DNA of 64,000 bases from Anaerolineales bacterium. GTDB taxonomy: Bacteria > Chloroflexota > Anaerolineae > Anaerolineales > UBA11579. The stretch lies in assembly GCA_016932165.1 (NCBI GenBank), contig JAFGDK010000009.1:5437-69436 (forward strand). Reading direction: 5' to 3'. The translations under genes and the position numbers were made by a program. The notes beneath the pieces were generated by a model that searched no databases, was not told the DNA's origin, and saw only the letters and a program-made list of their open reading frames with translations. This document shows, piece after piece, positions 44,717 to 53,229 of the stretch. Each line of letters begins with the position of its first letter. Positions within the stretch are counted from its first letter, which is position 1.

Positions 44717-45550
44717 ATGATGCTGCCGAACTTCCTGATCATTGGTTCGCAGAAAGCCGGAACCACCTCGCTTTATCACGTACTGCGAGAACACCCCCAG
44801 GTTTTTATGCCGGCACAGAAAGAGGTAAATTACTTTTTCTTGCAGGCCACATATGATCAGGGAGTGGAGGAATATCAGCGGAATTTTGCGGATGCGAATT
44901 CCGGCCATCTCGCAGTGGGGGAGGCATCCCCTGGGTATATCTGCCATCCAATCGCCCCTTCCCGCATCCAGCGGCTGCTGCCCGGGGTAAAGCTGATCCT
45001 GACCGTGCGGCATCCAGTCGAGCGGGCATATTCACAGTATTGGGACAACCGGCGCAGCCTTTCAGAGTACCACACTTTTGAACAAGCGGTGGAGATTTCG
45101 CTGGAGTCCACCTACCATCCGGACCGGCTGGGTTACTTCAGCCGGGGAACTTATATCCAGTATATCCGCCGGTACCTGGACTTATTTGCGAGAGAAAACT
45201 TACTGGTACTGGTGTTTGAAGATTTAATCCTGTCTCCTGAGTTGTTTTACAGGCAAGTTTTCGAGTTCCTTGGTGTGGACCCGGATTTCTATTCCCCTGA
45301 AATGACCGAGAAGTTCAACCCGGCGGCTGTGTGGGAGAACCCGGTGTACCAGTGGTTTTTCCGAAAACCGCTGAGAACAAAGCATTTACCAGCCAAATTG
45401 CGCCAGTTGACCTTCTACGGTGCGCGCACACCCTGGCAGTACCCTCCGATGCGGGCGGATACCCGCCAGATTTTGCTGGATTTCTACCGTCCGTGGAATG
45501 AAGAACTGGCTGAGTTTTTGGGAAGAGACCTTTCTAACTGGAATGATTGA
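44717..45550 (+). CDS. PAPS-dependent sulfotransferase (Sulfotransfer_1-like)
   Basis: 5'-PSB motif PNFLIIGSQKAGTTSL and 3'-PB region (LILTVRHPVERAYS). The ATG at 44717 has GAGGGA upstream and lies 4 nt after the upstream stop. Confidence 0.8.
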   Translation: MMLPNFLIIGSQKAGTTSLYHVLREHPQVFMPAQKEVNYFFLQATYDQGVEEYQRNFADANSGHLAVGEASPGYICHPIAPSRIQRLLPGVKLILTVRHPVERAYSQYWDNRRSLSEYHTFEQAVEISLESTYHPDRLGYFSRGTYIQYIRRYLDLFARENLLVLVFEDLILSPELFYRQVFEFLGVDPDFYSPEMTEKFNPAAVWENPVYQWFFRKPLRTKHLPAKLRQLTFYGARTPWQYPPMRADTRQILLDFYRPWNEELAEFLGRDLSNWND

Positions 45551-45568
45551 AACCGCAGGGACGGAGAC

Positions 45569-46369
45569 CTATTTTAATTTAAATCGCCCGGCAAGGATCG
45601 GTGGAATTTGGGGATAGCTGCTCCAGGAAAGGGGACGCGCATCTGCATCTGGAGAAAAGGCTGGTTCTTCCAGCGCATCCAGCACCAAGCCGGCTTTGAA
45701 GGCTTCTCCGAGCAGTTCTGACAAAGGGCGGTGGTAGTAGTGATGTGGGCTGGGTTCTCCATCCGCACCAACCGCCAGCGCCGGGGGGATATTAAGATAG
45801 GCGCTGATTTTCAGGTAGTTCGCCTGGATCAACCTGCCATCCTGATCTTCCACTTCAGTCAGGAAGATAGGGTTGTTGGAGTTGAAAGCCGGGTGCGAGG
45901 TGGCAAATACAAAGCGCCCATCTGGTTTGAGCAGCCGGGCAATTGCCCGGTAGAGAGGTGCAACCACAGGCATATCCATCAGCGCCATGGTGCAGGTGAC
46001 TGCGGCGAAGCGGCCTTCACCCAAGTGTGCAAGGGTTTGTTCATCGGTGGCGTCTACCACTTGGTATTGCACCGGGTTGCCGCGCACCTGCTTACGGGCC
46101 TGAGCGCGGGCAATTAACTCGGGGCTGAAGTCCACGGCAGTGACATTTGCGCCCAAGGCAGCCATGCGGCGGGCCATCACCCCGCTGCCGCAGGCGATAT
46201 CGAGGATCTGCTCTCCGGGCTTGATGGCCAGTAAGTGTTCCACCGCCGGGCTGACCAGTTCGCGGTGAAAGCGGTTGCCCCCATCACCGTGGAGGTTGTC
46301 CCAGAATTCGGCTTTCTGATCCCATTGTTCTCTGGCTTGATCGTTTCGCTGGGTGTCTTCTGTGTTCAT
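45569..46369 (-). CDS. class I SAM-dependent methyltransferase
   Basis: Motif I ILDIACGSGVMARR. The ATG at 46369 has AGGAGA upstream; the track start at 46390 is less likely. Confidence 0.85.
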   Translation of the reverse strand: MNTEDTQRNDQAREQWDQKAEFWDNLHGDGGNRFHRELVSPAVEHLLAIKPGEQILDIACGSGVMARRMAALGANVTAVDFSPELIARAQARKQVRGNPVQYQVVDATDEQTLAHLGEGRFAAVTCTMALMDMPVVAPLYRAIARLLKPDGRFVFATSHPAFNSNNPIFLTEVEDQDGRLIQANYLKISAYLNIPPALAVGADGEPSPHHYYHRPLSELLGEAFKAGLVLDALEEPAFSPDADARPLSWSSYPQIPPILAGRFKLK

Positions 46370-46596
46370 GCGGTCTCCTGTGTGGTGCAAAGTTTCTTTG
46401 TTAGCATGGCGTAGAAGGTAATCCGCTTATTGGCTTCGCCACGCTTGCCCGGCTTGAGCAGCGCCTGTCCCGGGGCATTATCAAGGATGTACCGGACATC
46501 CGCATCTTTCTTGCTTTGCAGGATTTGCCAGGCGCGTGGCAGCCGGGGATGATTGCCCAGGCCCATCTTGCTGAAAGGGTACAGGATCTCCATCAC
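46366..46596 (-). CDS. hypothetical 76-aa protein
   Basis: Its stop overlaps the methyltransferase ATG (ATGA), which suggests coupling. No recognisable family and no clear SD. Confidence 0.4.
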   Translation of the reverse strand: MMEILYPFSKMGLGNHPRLPRAWQILQSKKDADVRYILDNAPGQALLKPGKRGEANKRITFYAMLTKKLCTTQETA

Positions 46597-46786
46597 AGTG
46601 ATCGTCCAGGTGAAGGGAAATCTGGTTTACGGCAAATCTTTGTGGGCTGGATTTGAAAGGTCTTTGGTTATGAATCGCCCTTCCCGGTTGAGAAAATAAT
46701 TCAGCAGCAACTGGAGGCGGGAAAATCAAGGGGTTCTCTGATTTGAGCAGCCAGGATATTAGCGGTTGATCCATAGTCTCTCTTGG

Positions 46787-48649
46787 TTACGAAAGGTGGG
46801 ATTTCAGGGCGTGCGCCAGGGTTTCATTGATGCCAGGGACTTGAGCCAATTCGTCCACGCTGGCATTTCTAATTTTGTCGAAGGAGCCGAAATGCGACAA
46901 CAGGGCTTTGCGTTTGGCCGGTCCGATGCCAGGGACAGCGTCCAGGATTGAGGTGATCCCCTCACGAGAGCGGCGTTTGCGGTGGGCAGTGATGGCGAAA
47001 CGGTGGGCTTCATCGCGGATGCGCTGGAGGAGGTAGAGGCCCTCCGATTTGCGGGGGAGCAGCAGGCTGGCCTGATGGCCGTGTACGAAGAGTTCCTCGT
47101 TCTGCTTGGCCAGACCGGCCACAGGGAATTTATTGAGCAGGTCGAATTCTTCCAGCACCAGGGCTGCCCGGCTGAGCTGCCCCTTCCCGCCGTCCACCAC
47201 CAGCAGGTCTGGCAGGCGGGAGAAGGACGGATCTGGTTTTTTGCCGGGGGTGTCCTTTTCTTCCTGAGCGGCCTGCCAGCGTTTGAACCGGCGGCGGAGG
47301 ACTTCCTCCATGCTGGCAAAGTCGTCTGGTCCGCTGACGTTGCGGATGTTGAAACGGCGGTAAAGTTTTTTGCTGGGGATTCCCTGTTCAAATACCACCA
47401 TGCTGCCGACAATCGCTTTGCCCTGGGTGTTGGAGATGTCGTAGCACTCGATGCGGTTGGGCGGGGTATCCATTTCAAAGGCGGACTGCAATTCTGCCAG
47501 GGATTCAGTCTGGCGGTGGCGGTCGGTCTTCCACTGCTCATGTAATGAGGAGAGAGTCTCGCTGGCATTCTCGGTCGCCATGCGGATCAGGTCGCGCTTC
47601 TTGCCCCGGCTGGGGATTTTGAGCTCCACTTTCTGGTCGGCGCGCTGGTTGAGCCAGGCGCGGATGATGGCCGCTTCTTCAATGTCGCGGGGGAGGAGCA
47701 CCTCTTTGGGCATGGTGGCGGCCTTCTCATAGAACTGCTTGATAAATTCACTAAGGACTTCTTCATCATTGACATCGGAATCGGTGCCCTCCATCAGGAA
47801 ATATTCGCGCCCAATCATCTTCCCGCCCCGGATGAAGAATATCTGGATACAGGCTTCGCGCTCCGAGCGGGCAATCGCAATCACATCGGAGTCGATATAT
47901 TCGGTATCGAAGACCCGCTGGCGCTTGACAATCTCTTCGATGGCGCGCAGCTGATCTCGCTTGACAGCCGCCTGCTCAAAGCGCATCTGGGCAGAGAGGT
48001 CTTCCATTTCCAGCTGCAGGCGGCTGGTGATCTCGTCGGTGCGGCCGTTGAGGAAGGAGCACAGATCGTTGATCATCTGGCGGTATTCTTGCTGGTTGAC
48101 TTTGCCGATGCATGGCGCGTTGCACATCTTGATATCGTAATACAGGCAGGCGCGGGTATCTTCGCCCGTGATCTCCCGGTCGCAGGTCAGGTAGGGGAAG
48201 ATTTTGCGGAGCACATCCAGGGTTTTATGCACCGCCCAAACGCTGTAATACGGCCCAAAGTAGCGCGAGCCGTCGCTGGTCATCTGACGGGTGACGGTGA
48301 CTTTGGGGTAAGGGTCTGCCCAGTGGACCTTGATATAGGGGTATCGCTTGTCATCCTTGAGACGCACGTTGTAACGCGGGCGGTGCTCTTTGATCAGATT
48401 CATTTCAAGGATCAGGGCTTCCAACTCTGACCCGGCGACGATCCATTCGATATCGGCAATCCGCTTGACCAGTTCTCTGGTTCGGTGGGGGTGCTGGGCG
48501 CTCTGGTGGAAATACGAACGCACCCGCGCCTTGAGATTAATCGCCTTGCCGACATAGATGACCACACCATCCTTGTCTTTCATCAGGTAGCAGCCGGGTT
48601 TGTCGGGCAGGGATTTGAGAATCGGTTCAAGATGTGTTGGAGCTGTCAT
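46787..48649 (-). CDS. uvrC: excinuclease ABC subunit C
   Basis: GIY-YIG N-domain (GCYLMKDKDGVVIYVGKA), UVR domain, Endo V-like domain, and a C-terminal (HhH)2. Confidence 0.95.
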   Translation of the reverse strand: MTAPTHLEPILKSLPDKPGCYLMKDKDGVVIYVGKAINLKARVRSYFHQSAQHPHRTRELVKRIADIEWIVAGSELEALILEMNLIKEHRPRYNVRLKDDKRYPYIKVHWADPYPKVTVTRQMTSDGSRYFGPYYSVWAVHKTLDVLRKIFPYLTCDREITGEDTRACLYYDIKMCNAPCIGKVNQQEYRQMINDLCSFLNGRTDEITSRLQLEMEDLSAQMRFEQAAVKRDQLRAIEEIVKRQRVFDTEYIDSDVIAIARSEREACIQIFFIRGGKMIGREYFLMEGTDSDVNDEEVLSEFIKQFYEKAATMPKEVLLPRDIEEAAIIRAWLNQRADQKVELKIPSRGKKRDLIRMATENASETLSSLHEQWKTDRHRQTESLAELQSAFEMDTPPNRIECYDISNTQGKAIVGSMVVFEQGIPSKKLYRRFNIRNVSGPDDFASMEEVLRRRFKRWQAAQEEKDTPGKKPDPSFSRLPDLLVVDGGKGQLSRAALVLEEFDLLNKFPVAGLAKQNEELFVHGHQASLLLPRKSEGLYLLQRIRDEAHRFAITAHRKRRSREGITSILDAVPGIGPAKRKALLSHFGSFDKIRNASVDELAQVPGINETLAHALKSHLS

Positions 48650-49187
48650 GATGGTCTAATTTTAACATAACCACCGGCAGCCAGGAGTCAGCTGGCAGAG
48701 GTTAGTATGGGTTGGGAAGTGCGGTTTTTGATCTTTGTTGCGGTAGAAATTTTATGGGGTCCCCCCCAATTTTTGCTGATAAATGTCTAATGAAATTCAT
48801 ACTTGACTTTGTCCCCTTTTTTGTTGTATAGTGGACAAAGCAACCCGACATAGCAGAAAATAAGTTCCGGCGCAGGGAATAGATTAGCCGGAATTTTGTT
48901 GCCACAGCCCAACGTTTACGCCAGTTTGACCAAGCAGGCTCCTGGTGTTTGACCATCCAGGAGTGGGTATATTTTTGTCTCTGGCTGGAGTAGATTCTGT
49001 TGATCGAGCTGCAACCACTCAGGTTTGTTTATTGCTTTGGAATCGTTTTAGGAGTATTCTGATTATAGAAGAACAAAGATATATTACATAATTTTCACAG
49101 AATAATCTTATGTAAGATTAACAATGGTTGGTTATTCTAAATTCAGAGATTGACCACAAAAAATTATAAAATAGAGGTCGATTACGA

Positions 49188-50429
49188 ATGGGTTTGATAG
49201 ATAAGAATGTTTTAGATGATATTGGTGATGAGGACGGCGATTATTCTCCAGTCGCACGATTGATCGCGCTTGGACGCGAAAAAACCTACGTCACGATTGA
49301 TGATATTTTGCAGATTTTCCCGGAAGCGGAACGTGATGTGGATAAGCTGGAGGAAGCTTTTGCTGCTTTGCTGAGCGCCGGGATTCCATATGTCGATGAT
49401 GACACCACGATTGAACCCTCTGAGGCCAGCCTACTGGCTGAGATCGATGAGGATGAAGAAGAAATCGAAGAAGACAATCGGGCCGCTCTGGAAGATAATT
49501 ACCTGGCCAACATCGACACCGATGACATGATTGGCCTGTATCTGAAAGAAGTGGGCCGGGTCCCGCTGCTGACTGCCGATGAAGAGGTCTATCTTGCCAA
49601 GCGGATCGAGAAGGGGCGTGTTTCCCGCGAGACACTGGCCCGGGAAGGCATCAGGGTCAGCGCAGATGAACGCTACGACCATCGCACAAACATTGAAGAT
49701 GGCTGGGCGGCGCGCGAGCATTTGATCACTGCCAACTCGCGGCTGGTGATCAGCGTGGCGAAAAAATACATGGGGCGCGGCGTTCCTTTCCAGGATCTGA
49801 TCCAGGAGGGCAATATCGGCTTGATCCGGGCTGCGAAAAAGTTTGATTACCGCCGGGGTCACAAGTTCAGCACCTATGCCACATGGTGGATCCGCCAGGC
49901 GGTGACGCGGGCGATCGCTGACCAGGGCCGCACGATCCGCGTGCCGGTGCACATGGGCGACCAGATCAACAAGCTGCTGCGCGTGCAGCACCAGCTGACC
50001 CAGCGCCTGGGGCGCGACCCATCGGTGGAGGAACTGGCTGAAGCCCTGGATGTGCCGCCCAAAAAAGTGGAAAATATGATCCAGGTGGCCCGCCGCCCGC
50101 TCTCGCTGGAAACCCCGACCGATGACGAAGAAGACTCTGTGCTGGGGGATTTTATCCAAGACCGGGATGCCCCCGCCCCGGACGAATCGGCAACTTACAA
50201 TCTGCTCAAGGAACACCTGGAAGAGGTGCTTAACTCCCTCCCGCCGAGAGAGGTGCGCATCTTGCAGCTGCGCTACGGCTTGCTGGACGGACAAGCCTAC
50301 ACCCTGGAAGAAGTCGGCCGCAAGATGGGCGTGACCCGCGAGCGGGTGCGCCAGATCGAAGCCCAGGCGCTCAGCCGTCTGCGCCACCCGGTGATCCGGC
50401 GCAAGCTGCGAGAGTACCTCGGCGAATAA
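49188..50429 (+). CDS. sigA: primary RNA polymerase sigma factor (group 1, RpoD/SigA)
   Basis: Acidic region 1, region 2 ([16 protein letters not shown]), region 3, and region 4.2 ([24 protein letters not shown]). Confidence 0.95.
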   Translation: MGLIDKNVLDDIGDEDGDYSPVARLIALGREKTYVTIDDILQIFPEAERDVDKLEEAFAALLSAGIPYVDDDTTIEPSEASLLAEIDEDEEEIEEDNRAALEDNYLANIDTDDMIGLYLKEVGRVPLLTADEEVYLAKRIEKGRVSRETLAREGIRVSADERYDHRTNIEDGWAAREHLITANSRLVISVAKKYMGRGVPFQDLIQEGNIGLIRAAKKFDYRRGHKFSTYATWWIRQAVTRAIADQGRTIRVPVHMGDQINKLLRVQHQLTQRLGRDPSVEELAEALDVPPKKVENMIQVARRPLSLETPTDDEEDSVLGDFIQDRDAPAPDESATYNLLKEHLEEVLNSLPPREVRILQLRYGLLDGQAYTLEEVGRKMGVTRERVRQIEAQALSRLRHPVIRRKLREYLGE

Positions 50430-50520
50430 TTATCGAGAGGTGAAACCTCTCGATATATGGGCGTTTGGCAAATGGTGCATTTTGGTAAATGCCACGATTG
50501 AGTAATCGACAATAACTGGT

Positions 50521-50812
50521 AAGATAACACACCCCAAACTTAATCATTGGGGAAATAAAACTCACTGAGGTGATTTCCAGTGAGTTTTTTTATATTCAAG
50601 CTTGAAAAGCAGAGCCTAAATACCCTGGTAGGGATGCCAAGTTTCGAAAATACGGCAAAAGGTTACAAAAGGTTACAAAAGGTTACACATTTTAAATTTT
50701 TGTTTACAGTTTCAAGCGGGTAGACAAACGGCAACCTGGCTTTCTCAAAGTGAGGCATTGCGTATTGGGATTGGAAAAGCGAAGGAATTATTGGCCAGGA
50801 TAATCATACCCC
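50521..50812. repeat. dispersed intergenic repeat, copy B (partner at 36858..37133)
   Basis: Hairpin CCCCAA-9nt-TTGGGG (50532..50552), hairpin CTCACTG-AGGTGATTTC-CAGTGAG plus T7 (50561..50591), tandem GGTTACAAAA array (50651..50688), and conserved distal blocks as in copy A. Confidence 0.8.
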
Positions 50813-50931
50813 CCATATAGTATGATCTCTTCTGGTAGATGATAACTTGGCTGGCACAAAAATGTCAGTTGCCCAACCATTTTGATCAGAGTTATTTGTA
50901 TCTATCTGTGTGCATCTGCGGTGAATTTGTA

Positions 50932-51837
50932 TTAGTTGTTGCCGTAGCATTGCTCGTCGACCAGGCTGCCGCCGGGGTCGTAGAGGTGGGCGCAGTCGCC
51001 GGCGTTGGACCACAGGGATTCGTCCCGCCCGAAGGAGAAGCCGCAGCTCTCGGGGTGGACCTCGTTGGTGTAGACCCGGCAGGTCTGGCCGGGGGCAAGC
51101 TCAAATGCCGGGAAGATGAAATCCTGGTGGTAGCCGGCGGAGAGGGTCCAGCCGTTGAGCTGCACCGGGTCGGGGCTGGCGTTGCGGATCTGGGCATATT
51201 CATCGCTTTCCGGGTCGTTCTGGCCGTTATAGAAGATTTGGTCGATGACCACGGCAGGGGCATCTGGCTGCTGGAAGTGGGGCAGGGCCCAGATGCCGGC
51301 CAGGCGGGTGCGGGCATCTTCCTGGGCGGCGAGGAAGGTATCGGCGCAGGCCACGTCTGGGGGGAAGGTGACGAGATGGGCATAGCCGTTATGGATCAAC
51401 TCGTAATTGACGAAGACTCCCTGCTGGTTGAGCACATAGCGCAGCAGACGGTCGTAGCGGTCGGTGTCGGAGACATCCCGCACCAGGGTGAGCTGGCCGC
51501 TCCCCAGCAGGATGCGGTTGGCGGCGCTGGCTTCCTGGTAATACGGATCCTCGCGCTCGGGGGTATCGACTCCAATATAGCGGACGCGCTGCACCTGCCC
51601 GTCGATGCGGACATCGATGGTATCCCCGTCGATCACCGCCACCAGTTCTGCGGTCTGGCGCTGGGTGTTCTGGGGGATGCAGTTGAAAGTTGTGGGCGGC
51701 GGCTGGGTGGGAGGGACCGGCGCTTTGGTGGGGACCGGCCCGGCGCTGACGCAGGCCAGGGCGGCGAGGAGCAGGGCGGCAAGGGCGAGGGTGAGTTTGG
51801 GTGTGGTCATGGGGAGAATTATAAGCGAGAACCCCAT
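50932..51837 (-). CDS. secreted thermonuclease (SNase-like) fused to a lamin-tail (LTD) domain; lipoprotein signal
   Basis: Signal/lipobox (LAALACVSAG), SNase motifs (VIDGDTIDV...RVRYIGVDTPE), and a C-terminal LTD-like segment (EYAQIRNASPDPVQLNGWTL). Confidence 0.8.
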   Translation of the reverse strand: MGFSLIILPMTTPKLTLALAALLLAALACVSAGPVPTKAPVPPTQPPPTTFNCIPQNTQRQTAELVAVIDGDTIDVRIDGQVQRVRYIGVDTPEREDPYYQEASAANRILLGSGQLTLVRDVSDTDRYDRLLRYVLNQQGVFVNYELIHNGYAHLVTFPPDVACADTFLAAQEDARTRLAGIWALPHFQQPDAPAVVIDQIFYNGQNDPESDEYAQIRNASPDPVQLNGWTLSAGYHQDFIFPAFELAPGQTCRVYTNEVHPESCGFSFGRDESLWSNAGDCAHLYDPGGSLVDEQCYGNN

Positions 51838-52237
51838 CCCGGGCTGATACCCGTAGCCTGTTTGACAAATTTTTTATCCTATACGAGGAGATGACCGATG
51901 TCGGTACTCAAAACCTTTGAGATGTAAAACAGACCCTTAAGCGGGGCAGGGGGTTGCGGAACCGCCTGCAAATATGGTATCGGTAAATTATTGGCGGTTT
52001 GCCCTGGCTTTTTGGCCACTCATGCTAAATTCTTTTGATGATTGTTTGATGAGAAGATAGGAGATAAGAAATTGAGTGTTGAATTCGCTTGTAGGGGGTA
52101 ACCTTACCCTCTACAACCCCTTGCCGGGGATTAGATCCGCTGGACCCCGTATGCCGTGCGGAGTGATGGCACATGCTTTAGTCCCCAGGCTTTGTGGGGG
52201 TTGACCGCAATGGTGCGATAGGTTGTAGATGGTTCAT

Positions 52238-52756
52238 CTAGCTGTCTTCTATCGTTTTTGGGGTCTCTAAAGGTTCTCCATCGTAACGGGCTTCTTCTAG
52301 CAGAAATTGCTTTAGCATTTGAGGTGAATATTCCTGCGGATTCTTTTTCATCATGTACTTAACCAGATTTTCATAGGCTGACCAACTATATGGATCATAT
52401 TCCCGAGCTGCGGCAACATATTCTTTTGATACCAACCAGTATCGCACAAACCAGTATTCTTGCAGGTCGTAGGCTAATTGACGGTCGATTGCTTTGCGTT
52501 TTACCAATAATGTAATTCTGGCAAAGTGGTCTAGAACATCCGAAAGTTCATGATTATATGGGTTACCCTCTAATAGTTTTTTTGCTGCAATCTGGCGGGT
52601 TTTAACCATCTCAGGAGAATAGAACTGGTCTTCAAGATGCAAGGCGGTTTCAGTTTTGAGTGCCAGCCGTGAACTGCGGATCTCAATCCATAACCCGATG
52701 ATGGCAAATAGCGAGGTGGCCACCCCGATTAATGAGAGTATTGTTGGCAGGTCCAT
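52238..52756 (-). CDS. membrane-anchored hypothetical protein (single N-terminal TM helix plus helical domain; possibly DUF4760-like)
   Basis: 172 aa with an N-terminal hydrophobic helix (ILSLIGVATSLFAIIGLWI). AT-rich compared with its surroundings. Confidence 0.55.
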   Translation of the reverse strand: MDLPTILSLIGVATSLFAIIGLWIEIRSSRLALKTETALHLEDQFYSPEMVKTRQIAAKKLLEGNPYNHELSDVLDHFARITLLVKRKAIDRQLAYDLQEYWFVRYWLVSKEYVAAAREYDPYSWSAYENLVKYMMKKNPQEYSPQMLKQFLLEEARYDGEPLETPKTIEDS

Positions 52757-52888
52757 CGACTGTTTCCTCCTGCGATTGATTATAACCTCATCGCGGTTAG
52801 AATTATCCCTTTCTGGCCGGTCTATACATGAAAAAGGGGAGGACGGTAGTTAAAGCCTTGCCGGACAAACCCCCTCCTGGCCTGCGGC

Positions 52889-52925
52889 CTGGCGTCCTCC
52901 CCCTTGAAAAAGGGGAGGACGCCAG
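52889..52925. repeat. perfect 14-bp-stem hairpin, with a third copy of one arm at 52830..52845
   Basis: CTGGCGTCCTCCCC-9nt-GGGGAGGACGCCAG. The 16-mer GAAAAAGGGGAGGACG occurs at 52830 and 52906. Confidence 0.7.
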
Positions 52926-52995
52926 GCTGTGGTTTGCTAGGGCGCAGCTGCCGGGATGGGGTACAGAAATACTATTGAAAGATCAATGTGATGCA

Positions 52996-53214
52996 TTATC
53001 TTTGTGGTGTATCAATCATGATTTTTCCAACGCCACCGCATAATTTACATATTATTTTCCCACTTCCCTGGCAGGAGTGACACGCCACTTTTTCTGGTTC
53101 ATTCATATCACGCCAGGAGTAACCTCTGCGCTGAATGATGCCGTTTCCATTGCAGATAGGACAATCGTTTACCCTTCGCTCATTACATCCGGGGCATCTC
53201 TGAACCATTGCCAT
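52996..53214 (-). CDS. 72-aa DnaJ-type (CR-type) zinc-finger mini-protein
   Basis: Four CxxC units, three of them canonical CxxCxGxG (CPICNGNG, CHSCQGSG, CKLCGGVG). AGGAGG lies 5 nt upstream. Lies 15 nt after the HNH gene. Confidence 0.6.
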   Translation of the reverse strand: MAMVQRCPGCNERRVNDCPICNGNGIIQRRGYSWRDMNEPEKVACHSCQGSGKIICKLCGGVGKIMIDTPQR

Positions 53215-53229
53215 ACGAACCTCCTGTGG

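Noticed and set aside
50839-51894. 351-aa plus-strand ORF (and others, e.g. 50892..51383, 51389..51868) overlapping the nuclease gene
   Set aside because: The minus-strand frame 50932..51837 encodes recognisable signal peptide, SNase and LTD domains. The alternatives are Gly/Ala/Val/Pro-rich shadows.
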